From the sequence record OQ885479: 64,000 nt of DNA; one strand, given 5' to 3'. The position numbers and the translations under genes are program-made. The notes under the pieces are model-generated. The model was not told the DNA's origin, did not search any database, and saw only the letters and a program-made list of their open reading frames with translations. Of the stretch, positions 1-7,465 are shown one piece after another (position 1 is the first letter of the stretch; every line of letters begins with the position of its first letter). The DNA comes from Escherichia phage SUT_E1520.

Positions 1-119
1 TGATGAATAGTTTCAATCTTGTTAATAAAATGTTTAATGCTGGTTGACTTGCTACCGTCTAGCAGGTTGCGCAATGCACCCTTTAATACGGTGGCATTAT
101 CAGGTTTATACAGCCTCAT
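1..119 (-). CDS. hypothetical protein, 5' end only (gene continues past window start)
   Basis: ATG at 117-119 (minus) with GAGGAGG Shine-Dalgarno 9 nt upstream; frame open to window edge (MRLYKPDNATVLKGALRNLLDGSKS...). Confidence 0.45.
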   Translation of the reverse strand, partial: MRLYKPDNATVLKGALRNLLDGSKSTSIKHFINKIETIH

Positions 120-385
120 TTGTTAGGCCTCCTCGTTAATCGGTGAGTGAATGATAAAGGTAAATTTCTAGCATAGGCAAATATTATTTTACCTTTTTAT
201 TTTCCTTGCCTAGCGCCTATTTTTATGATAACCGCGCAGCGGTGCAATAAAGAGCAAACCACGGCGAAGCCACCAGGCCGACGCATTGAGGCTTTACTTT
301 AATATTACCTTACAGCGTTTAGCTCGTTAGAATGCGATTTAAGCCGCTTAAAATTGATTGCAGTTGTTAACACTACCTTTTTACC

Positions 386-821
386 CTGTATAAATATACA
401 GTAGGATAACCTGTGGATAAGTCTGTGTAAAAGTCCTTATATCGCCGCCTATCGTGTCAAGTCAAAAAGTGCTGTGGATAACTTTGTGTATAACTTAAAT
501 GATAGTGGTTCTCACTTAGCTAGATGATTTCTTATAGTTATTATTTCTCATTAATTTATATGTATATTATATATCATGAAATAGTTAGTTGGCTAATGAG
601 ATTTTTCCGTGATTAATAGTCTGCTAATAATTCAGGTCGTTACAATCCACCAGCATGATTATCATTCTAGCAATTATTAGTCTGCTATCTTTCCGATGCA
701 TACTAACAAATAAAAGTCAATTAATTTATTTCATAAAATAAGTAGTTATCCACTGGAAAATAAAAGTCAAGTGGATAACTAGGAAAATTTCATTTTTGCT
801 TTTGGGGATAAGTTATCAACA
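386..821. promoter_or_regulatory. ORF-free control region with DnaA-box-like 9-mers plus direct and inverted repeats
   Basis: TGTGGATAA (rc TTATCCACA) at 412-420 and 473-481; TTATCCACT at 746-754 and at 770-778 (rc); TTATCAACA at 813-821; palindrome CTGTATAAATATACAG 386-401; direct repeat AATAAAAGTCAA at about 708-720 and 758-770; no ORF of 60 aa or more across 120-1037. Confidence 0.55.
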
Positions 822-1225
822 AGGCTAGAATGCGCCTAAAACGCTCCAGAACGCAATAAAGTTTTTAGCCATCCCATCATAAGGGGATAAGCCGTTTATC
901 GTTACCACGAGCTTTTTAGATTTTGTCAAGTAGGGCAAAGCAAATATAAATGAAAAAATTACTTGCCTATTTGCTTTATTTTGTGGTATTCGCGCGCCCG
1001 TTTCTTTTAATTTTAGGCCGTCGCCGCACGGTGTCCGGTGAGTTTTACCTTTACATTTCTTTACAAAAATAAGGTTGCGCCATTTTCGGGAATCCCCTAT
1101 TATTTATCTCGTAGGGCGGCAATGACGAACTACACGGCGGGAAGTTTACCGCCACGCTCTTTAAAAATTGGGTACATCTTAAAGCCTATCGGCGGTAAAC
1201 TTATTCATTATAAGGAATCGACGAT

Positions 1226-1429
1226 ATGAAACAAACGCTTTTGATCACTGGCAAGCCTATTAAGGCACTAGATAGCAAAACAAAAAATTTGTTGACAGTA
1301 GCTCAAAGATCAGTAAGATATAGATTCACGCAGTACAAGAAAGGTCGCCAGCAAGGTCTGGAAATGATCTGGCGAAATATTATGATTGACCTAAAAGAAA
1401 ATCATAAAAAATTGCAAAAAATTGTTTGA
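1226..1429 (+). CDS. hypothetical small basic protein (pre-early region)
   Basis: 67-aa ORF, AAGGA 9 nt upstream of ATG; no recognisable domain. Confidence 0.4.
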   Translation: MKQTLLITGKPIKALDSKTKNLLTVAQRSVRYRFTQYKKGRQQGLEMIWRNIMIDLKENHKKLQKIV

Positions 1430-1454
1430 CAACCTAGCCGATAGGTTTTAAGAT
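1426..1454 (+). promoter_or_regulatory. putative sigma70 promoter (TTGACA-17-TAAGAT)
   Basis: consensus -35 TTGACA at 1426-1431, 17-bp spacer, TAAGAT -10; upstream of ORF 1660. Confidence 0.3.
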
Positions 1455-1595
1455 GTACCCAGTTCGATAAGAGCGATAACTTGATAAAATTTGACGGTCG
1501 GTGCTTACCATAATGCATCCCGCCCCCTAACGGGATATAGCGGCCTACGTGGAGTTCTTTAAAATTGATTATATTGGCGAGCGGATTGTTACTTA

Positions 1596-1623
1596 TTACC
1601 TGCTGTTACTTTCTAGCAGGTAA
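1596..1623. promoter_or_regulatory. perfect inverted repeat TTACCTGCT-N10-AGCAGGTAA (operator or RNA hairpin)
   Basis: 9-bp arms read directly; sits about 40 bp upstream of the ORF 1660 start. Confidence 0.4.
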
Positions 1624-1659
1624 TGCGGAACAATCCCCAAATAACTAGGAGTTTATATT

Positions 1660-1911
1660 ATGCAAAACGTTATTACCGCGCCGAAAGTTGGTCAATCCGT
1701 CTTCATTCCTTTCGTTACTAAAACGGATGAATTAACCGGAAAGGCCGAACGTATTAAAGGTGCGGCGCTTATGCCGTTCGATACAATCGACGCGGTATAC
1801 GCTGAAAATGAACGTAGTAACAACGGCAAGCCCGTTTTTAGCGTTCGCGTTAAATCCGGCGATGTTGTAAAGGTTGTTCAACGCAACGAAAAATGGGAAG
1901 CTGTATTGTAA
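1660..1911 (+). CDS. hypothetical pre-early protein
   Basis: 83-aa ORF with AGGAG 8 nt upstream of ATG. Confidence 0.6.
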   Translation: MQNVITAPKVGQSVFIPFVTKTDELTGKAERIKGAALMPFDTIDAVYAENERSNNGKPVFSVRVKSGDVVKVVQRNEKWEAVL

Positions 1912-2007
1912 ATTAGTGTTAACTTTATATCCCCTTATTTCAGGGGGATATAACGATTAACATTAAGTTAATCTAATCCCTTAAATTAAACTAATAGGAG
2001 TTACATC

Positions 2008-2415
2008 ATGACTAACGCTAAAACCGCAAAATTCGCATGGAATGAAGAAAACACTCAGAAAGCTGTTTCCATGTATCAACAGTTAATTAATGAAAACGGT
2101 TTAGATTTCGCAAATAGCGACGGTTTAAAAGAGATTGCAAAAGCAGTGGGCGCGGCTTCTCCCGTATCCGTTCGGTCAAAATTGACCAGCGCAAAAGCAT
2201 ATCAAAAAAGCGATAAGCCTCGCAAAGTTGGCGGCGGTAGTTCAATCCGCAAAGCTCATTATGTACGCGTTATTGCAAAACACGCTATCGATTCCGGCAT
2301 TATCAAAGATGCCGATGATCTGGCAAGCCTTGAAAGTGCAAAACTTGAAACGCTGGACGCAGTAGCGCAATTGTTAGGCGTTGCCGATGAAGTAAAACAA
2401 GCCGCAGGCGAATAA
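2008..2415 (+). CDS. A2: A2-like pre-early protein (T5 A2 is required for second-step DNA transfer)
   Basis: 135-aa ORF with AGGAG SD; size and position immediately upstream of the A1-like gene match the T5 A2-A1 arrangement; assignment by synteny and size only. Confidence 0.6.
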   Translation: MTNAKTAKFAWNEENTQKAVSMYQQLINENGLDFANSDGLKEIAKAVGAASPVSVRSKLTSAKAYQKSDKPRKVGGGSSIRKAHYVRVIAKHAIDSGIIKDADDLASLESAKLETLDAVAQLLGVADEVKQAAGE

Positions 2416-2425
2416 TAGTTATACC

Positions 2426-2452
2426 TTGCCCCCTTTTTTAGTGAGGGGGCAA
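2426..2452 (+). terminator. stem-loop downstream of A2 (TTGCCCCC-N11-GGGGGCAA)
   Basis: 8-bp GC-rich inverted repeat directly after the stop codon; T-run lies in the loop rather than 3' of the stem, so terminator function is uncertain. Confidence 0.35.
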
Positions 2453-2507
2453 TAATATAACTGTTTAGCGATAGTTATTTTCTTCCCTTAAATCAGGAGT
2501 TTTTAAA

Positions 2508-2705
2508 ATGATCTTTTATCCTACTGAATCATTAATTCTAGGCTTGTTTATTATGGCGGCCTCGTTATTGTTCGCTTATTTTCAAAATGATTTAGATTCG
2601 TATTATTTTAAACGTAAATCTAAGTTAGCAAAGCGTTTAGGTCTTATTTGTTTTATTGCCGCCGTTGCTTGTGGTGTTAGTTCTAGCCTTATGCCTTTAA
2701 ATTAA
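2508..2705 (+). CDS. small hydrophobic (membrane) protein
   Basis: 65-aa ORF, AGGAG SD, two hydrophobic stretches (LILGLFIMAASLLFAY, LGLICFIAAVACGV). Confidence 0.5.
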   Translation: MIFYPTESLILGLFIMAASLLFAYFQNDLDSYYFKRKSKLAKRLGLICFIAAVACGVSSSLMPLN

Positions 2706-2795
2706 TGTTGCAAATTATAACGCCTATTATTCGAGGCGTTATATTTGGCAATATTGCCGTTATTAATCTAATCCCTTTAATGGAGTTTTATTATC

Positions 2796-4460
2796 ATGAT
2801 TATTTCCGCAGAAAAACAAACCGTTATCCTGAAAATGGCCGCTGACTTTAATTTCTATGGTAAACGTCTGCGCGCTACTAAACTGGAAGTCTGCGACGAT
2901 ATATCAAAAGCGGTCTACGATACAACGAAACACTCCACCGCCATTTGTGATTGGTTGGAAGCAAATAAACCAGCGAAACCGAAAGCGGCGAAAGTAGCAA
3001 AAGCCATTAAAAACGACGAGCGCCCAGAAGCGGCGGGGGTTGTTTCTAGCACGGTTGAACAGTGGGAAGTAAAACAAGGCAAACGCTTTATTATTACATC
3101 GATTCAGAATAATACTTTCCCGCATAAAAACTTTTTGGCCTCACTTGAACAATATGCCAAATTTATCGGCGCTGATTTGCTCGTTTCTAAGTATATTTAT
3201 AATAAAAACGGTTTTCAAAATGGGGAAGGTGCGGATGGAATCAAATATGATTCCGCGTTTGATAAATATATTTGCAGCAAAAACGTGTTTTTAAATAACC
3301 GCCGTTTCGCTTTCATGGCTGAAATTAATGTTTTGCCAACCGCAGATTATCCGCTTTCTGGATTCGCAGAAACTGCAACGGCTTTAAATATTGAAGGTCT
3401 GGCAATTGGTCACGCTAAAATCACCGCTGAAAGTGTGCCAGCTTTAAAAGGTGAAGTAGTGCGCCGTATGTATTCAACCGGAACGGCAACGCTCAAAAAC
3501 TACATTCAGCAGAAAGCAGGACAAAAGGCCGAGGCGCTGCATAACTTCGGTGCGCTTATTGTTGAGTTCGACGACGACGGGGAATTTTTTGTACGCCAGC
3601 TTGAAACGATGGACGAAAGCGGGGTGTTTTATGATCTGAACGTTTGCGCTACTCCTGCCGGATGCTATGAAACATCGGGGCATGTTTTAGGCTTGCAGTA
3701 TGGCGATATTCACGCCGAAAAATTAGATGATGATTGTGCCGTTGCGTCATGGGCTGGCGAGAATAGTTTGCTTGATATTCTTAAACCAAAATATCAGCTT
3801 ATTCATGACGTGCATGATTTTACATCGCGCAATCATCATAACCGTGCATCCGGTGTATTCCTAGCGAAACAGTATGCCGCCGGACGTGATAAAGTTCTGG
3901 ATGATCTTATCGATACGGGGCGCGTGCTGGAATCAATGGAACGTGATTTTAGTCAAACAATCATCGTAGAATCGAATCACGATTTGGCGCTATCCCGCTG
4001 GCTTGATGATCGTAATGCTAACATTAAAGACGATCCCGCCAACGCCGAACTATATCACCGCCTAAATGCTGCAATTTACGCGGCAATCGGTGAGCATGAC
4101 GATACTTTCAACGTGCTAGATTATGCGTTGCGCAAGGTTGCAGGTTGTGAGTTTAACGCCATTTTCCTAACCACTGACCAATCTTTCAAGATTGCAGGTA
4201 TTGAATGCGGCGTACACGGTCACAACGGCATTAACGGCAGCCGTGGCAACCCGAAACAATTTAAGAAATTGGGCAAGTTAAACACGGGGCATACGCATAC
4301 CGCCAGCATTTACGGCGGCGTATACACCGCTGGCGTAGCTGGTAGTCTGGATATGGGTTACAACGTTGGCGCGTCAAGCTGGACGCAGACGCATTTAATT
4401 ACCTATGCAAACGGTCAGCGCACTTTGATTGACTTTAAAAACGGTAAATTCTTTGCGTAA
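2796..4460 (+). CDS. A1: A1-like pre-early protein, calcineurin-type metallophosphoesterase fold
   Basis: 554 aa (T5 A1 is about 556 aa); metallophosphatase-like motifs GDIHAE, ESNHD, GHTH; GGAG SD; located between A2-like and dmp-like genes. Confidence 0.8.
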   Translation: MIISAEKQTVILKMAADFNFYGKRLRATKLEVCDDISKAVYDTTKHSTAICDWLEANKPAKPKAAKVAKAIKNDERPEAAGVVSSTVEQWEVKQGKRFIITSIQNNTFPHKNFLASLEQYAKFIGADLLVSKYIYNKNGFQNGEGADGIKYDSAFDKYICSKNVFLNNRRFAFMAEINVLPTADYPLSGFAETATALNIEGLAIGHAKITAESVPALKGEVVRRMYSTGTATLKNYIQQKAGQKAEALHNFGALIVEFDDDGEFFVRQLETMDESGVFYDLNVCATPAGCYETSGHVLGLQYGDIHAEKLDDDCAVASWAGENSLLDILKPKYQLIHDVHDFTSRNHHNRASGVFLAKQYAAGRDKVLDDLIDTGRVLESMERDFSQTIIVESNHDLALSRWLDDRNANIKDDPANAELYHRLNAAIYAAIGEHDDTFNVLDYALRKVAGCEFNAIFLTTDQSFKIAGIECGVHGHNGINGSRGNPKQFKKLGKLNTGHTHTASIYGGVYTAGVAGSLDMGYNVGASSWTQTHLITYANGQRTLIDFKNGKFFA

Positions 4461-4515
4461 TTAAATTATTTCCCTAGCGGCTTGAAATATAGCCGCTATT
4501 TCAGGAGTCACAAAA

Positions 4516-4773
4516 ATGAAAGTTACATTACCCAAAACACTGGACGAAAAAGTATTCATTTCACCGGATGAAATGGAATCTGATAAAGTTTACAGCTTCG
4601 GGCCTATCCTAGCCGCTAAAACTAATACTGATGGCGTTATTTCCGTAGATTACCGTGATAATGATGTTGTTCCTTTTGATGACGATAGCGCTTTTTATGA
4701 GTGGCTAAGTGATAATAATCTACCCGTAAACGGTGAATTAACGCCGTACCAGATGCAGATTATTATCAAATAA
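4516..4773 (+). CDS. hypothetical protein
   Basis: 85-aa ORF with AGGAG SD. Confidence 0.5.
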   Translation: MKVTLPKTLDEKVFISPDEMESDKVYSFGPILAAKTNTDGVISVDYRDNDVVPFDDDSAFYEWLSDNNLPVNGELTPYQMQIIIK

Positions 4774-4811
4774 TTTAAATCCATTATTAAACTAATTGGG
4801 GTTTTATAAAT

Positions 4812-5204
4812 ATGAAAAAGCAAAATATTCCATTCGATCGCGCTCAGTCTTCCATTGTTCTGGTTTATTCTAATGGTGAACGTTATCACGTCGAGGCGTG
4901 GCACGTTATTGATGAATTGTTAGATTTCAATGATGCGATGCAGGTTACAACATTTGCATATATGCAAGGCAAACTAACAAGCCATATTAAAGCAAAAGGC
5001 GTTTATATTGACACGGTGAAACAAGAAACGATTATCATCGACGCAGTAAAATCCGGCCTAGCCTTTGCAGTTGTCGCGCCTTGCCTCGCTTGCCTTGATG
5101 ATCAGCTAGCGAGCGCAAAGGTATATACCTGCGCGGGTATTCGTTCCCATGTATCAGGTGAGGATATTAGTTTTATTGCTGATGCGTTGGCTTATGGTCT
5201 TTAA
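4812..5204 (+). CDS. hypothetical protein
   Basis: 130-aa ORF with GGGG SD-like sequence. Confidence 0.5.
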   Translation: MKKQNIPFDRAQSSIVLVYSNGERYHVEAWHVIDELLDFNDAMQVTTFAYMQGKLTSHIKAKGVYIDTVKQETIIIDAVKSGLAFAVVAPCLACLDDQLASAKVYTCAGIRSHVSGEDISFIADALAYGL

Positions 5205-5283
5205 TAGTTGATTTATTATTACCCGCTTATAAATAGCGGGTAATGCTGGATAAACTAAATCCCTTTAATGGAGAACGTAACAA

Positions 5284-6018
5284 ATGAATAAAGCTATTAT
5301 GAATATTTCCCGTAATTTCCCGCATATTTCCCGCGTCATGATTTGGGATTTAGACGGCACTATCATTAATTCTTTCCATCGTGTAGCGCCTTGCTTTGAT
5401 AGTGAGGGCAATTTAGATTTAAATAAGTATAAAAATGAAGCCTGCAAACATCATTTAATAATGCAAGATACTTTATTGCCATTGGTTGAATATATGCGCC
5501 AATGTATGAATGATGCAAATACTTTAAACATTATTTGCACCGCTCGACTAATGAGCAAGTCGGACTATTATTATTTGCGTAAACAAGGGTTGCGCGGTCG
5601 TGGTGATAGTAATATCCGTGTATTTTCCCGCGATACACTACACAAATATTTTGAAGCTGATAAAGTTAGCGAGATATACCACAGCAAAGACGCCATTTAT
5701 AAATCGTATTATTTTGAATTATTTAAACAATTATATCCAAACGCTGACTTTACAATGATTGACGATCATAAAGGCGTGCTATCAGCGGCGGCATCATACG
5801 GATTTAAAACGCTGGACGCGCAAGCCATTAACGATATTCTATCAATCGGCGTTGCATTGATAGGTGAAACCTTTATCGATGAATCTCTCGATGATGATAA
5901 TGATTATCAGTTCCTAGCTGATCGTTTGAAATTATGTTGGGAAAGTATGACCGAGGAAGAACGCGCAGAATATAGTTGCAGCCCGCAACAATATATTGAG
6001 AAATTAAAAGTTGCGTAA
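5284..6018 (+). CDS. dmp: 5'-deoxyribonucleotidase Dmp-like (HAD-type phosphatase)
   Basis: 244 aa; N-terminal HAD motif I-like MIWDLDGTI; conserved TAAATCCCTTTAATGGAG leader shared with the A1-like gene. Confidence 0.75.
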   Translation: MNKAIMNISRNFPHISRVMIWDLDGTIINSFHRVAPCFDSEGNLDLNKYKNEACKHHLIMQDTLLPLVEYMRQCMNDANTLNIICTARLMSKSDYYYLRKQGLRGRGDSNIRVFSRDTLHKYFEADKVSEIYHSKDAIYKSYYFELFKQLYPNADFTMIDDHKGVLSAAASYGFKTLDAQAINDILSIGVALIGETFIDESLDDDNDYQFLADRLKLCWESMTEEERAEYSCSPQQYIEKLKVA

Positions 6019-6033
6019 TAATTAAAGTTGAAA

Positions 6034-6068
6034 TAGTCACGGTGTGTAATGATAACATGCCGTGACTA
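6034..6068. terminator. stem-loop between convergent dmp and the minus-strand peptide operon
   Basis: TAGTCACGG-N17-CCGTGACTA inverted repeat read directly; no clean T-run. Confidence 0.35.
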
Positions 6069-6169
6069 TTAGCTTGCTAAGTACCGGGCGGTAATGAGAC
6101 TCATTCTCATCTGGGGAGCCACTGGACACACCTCCATGTGTAATCTTATGAAATTTGACAAAAGTCGAA

Positions 6170-6415
6170 TTAGCGCATAGAAGGGTCATCAAACCTGTGT
6201 TCTGGTCTGAACTCCCGGAATCTCTTCCGCGACGCCCGAGATCCATCCGACCACTCTCGCTCAAACTCCGCACGTTTCTCGTCAAACTTCCGCTCCCTTT
6301 CCGCAATCTCCCGCGTCACTCCCGCAATATATTCCCGATGCTTATTGATTGCCGCAGTCGTCCCGAAAACTCCCGCGAGTATCCCGATAATAAAAGCAAT
6401 TATAATACTAAACAT
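6170..6415 (-). CDS. small membrane protein 5 (81 aa), TM helix plus highly charged tail
   Basis: MFSIIIAFIIGILAGVFGTTAA followed by REIAERERKFDEKRAEFEREW. Confidence 0.5.
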   Translation of the reverse strand: MFSIIIAFIIGILAGVFGTTAAINKHREYIAGVTREIAERERKFDEKRAEFEREWSDGSRASRKRFREFRPEHRFDDPSMR

Positions 6416-6602
6416 CTAATTCCCTCTCAATTTGCAGAATACGGGTGCTATCACAACGTTGCAGTAGTACTAGCTTTTCTAGAATAACTTGTTGTTGTTT
6501 TACCTGGGCTTCTAGAGTTTTTAGGCGGAGATACACGATACGAGAGACAATGAGGATTACCCAGACTAATATTACCATTAGTGTAATTGCCACTTCCATC
6601 AT
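6408..6602 (-). CDS. small membrane peptide 4 (64 aa)
   Basis: MMEVAITLMVILVWVILIVS hydrophobic N-terminus followed by a coiled-coil-like tail; 8-nt overlap with next gene. Confidence 0.5.
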   Translation of the reverse strand: MMEVAITLMVILVWVILIVSRIVYLRLKTLEAQVKQQQVILEKLVLLQRCDSTRILQIERELDV

Positions 6603-6706
6603 TTATGTTTCTCCGATAGTAAGGTTTCGATTCTAGCTAAGTGATTATCTAAGATACATTGCCCAATAATCACAATCCCCAGTAGTGCAATAATTACCCA
6701 TTCCAT
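6599..6706 (-). CDS. small membrane peptide 3 (35 aa), MEWVII family; below ORF-track size cut-off
   Basis: MEWVIIALLGIVIIGQCILDNHLARIETLLSEKHK; same N-terminus and ARIETLL motif as peptide 2; TGATG overlap with next gene. Confidence 0.45.
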   Translation of the reverse strand: MEWVIIALLGIVIIGQCILDNHLARIETLLSEKHK

Positions 6707-6861
6707 TATTTACGCTCCTCTAATAAAGTTTCAATTCTAGATAATCTATTGCTCAACTGCATTAATTTAATCTCTGTTTGGGTTACAGAGGTATCTATTA
6801 CACGTAAGCCTGCAAAGAGAAGTATCAATAAGACGAATATGCCAATAATTACCCATTCCAT
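6706..6861 (-). CDS. small membrane peptide 2 (51 aa), MEWVII family
   Basis: MEWVIIGIFVLLILLFAGLRVIDTSVTQTEIKLMQLSNRLSRIETLLEERK; GGCGGGGTGG SD-like sequence; TAATG overlap with next gene. Confidence 0.5.
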   Translation of the reverse strand: MEWVIIGIFVLLILLFAGLRVIDTSVTQTEIKLMQLSNRLSRIETLLEERK

Positions 6862-6989
6862 TATAGCCACCCCGCCATAGCTGCTAACCAAAAACCTACG
6901 AAGATTAAGAATAATACAAAACCAAATCCGTAAATATTAACCCACGCTTCGTACACTTCTCCACGTCTGTTCTTTCTTTTATTTGACAT
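6861..6989 (-). CDS. small membrane peptide 1 (42 aa; alternative start at 6998)
   Basis: MSNKRKNRRGEVYEAWVNIYGFGFVLFLIFVGFWLAAMAGWL; AGGAG 10 nt upstream; stop overlaps next start (TAATG). Confidence 0.45.
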   Translation of the reverse strand: MSNKRKNRRGEVYEAWVNIYGFGFVLFLIFVGFWLAAMAGWL

Positions 6990-7152
6990 ATCTTTCATGC
7001 TCCTATGAGTATGGTATTTGGAATACCCTAGCAATTGCAGTGATTAGTATAAATATTCTTATTATACCTTCCCTAGTGTCTTGTGTGGCATCCTGGACTA
7101 ATTCTGCGCTAGGATTATCTTAAGTGGTGATAGTTACTAAGGTCGTTTTTAC

Positions 7153-7386
7153 TTAGAAAACTCCCTCACATGTATTCCCCTCAGTAAAGTAGCTTACGGG
7201 AGCCCAAAAAGACCCATAGGCCATAATTGGTGACACCAAAAACATATCCCCTTTCCTATCAAAAACATTAGCCTTATATTTCACATGATCTTGTACATAG
7301 TAGGCCTCACATTTAATATCTTTAGGACCAAAAGTAGAGCAAGCCGAAAGAAGTACCACTGCCATAGCTAAAAATAATTTTTTCAT
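7153..7386 (-). CDS. llp: Llp-like lipoprotein (receptor-blocking superinfection exclusion in T5)
   Basis: 77 aa; signal peptide with lipobox LSAC; divergently placed next to the pb5 gene as in T5. Confidence 0.8.
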   Translation of the reverse strand: MKKLFLAMAVVLLSACSTFGPKDIKCEAYYVQDHVKYKANVFDRKGDMFLVSPIMAYGSFWAPVSYFTEGNTCEGVF

Positions 7387-7417
7387 TTACATTCTCCTAT
7401 GTTTAATTTATAATACT

Positions 7418-7446
7418 ATTATACAGAATTATAGCAATATAGGCAA
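7418..7446 (-). promoter_or_regulatory. sigma70 promoter for llp (TTGCCT-17-TGnTATAAT)
   Basis: rc of 7441-7446 is TTGCCT, 17-bp spacer, rc of 7418-7423 is TATAAT with upstream TG; then AGGAG and llp ATG. Confidence 0.5.
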
Positions 7447-7465
7447 TTAAATTTTTGGAGAACTT

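Noticed and set aside
1038-1229. 63-aa plus-strand ORF
   Set aside because: No SD, lies within the control region and overlaps the start of the better-supported ORF at 1226.
6037-6487. ORFs 6037-6306(-) and 6155-6487(+)
   Set aside because: Overlap the better-supported translationally coupled membrane-peptide frames; no SD.
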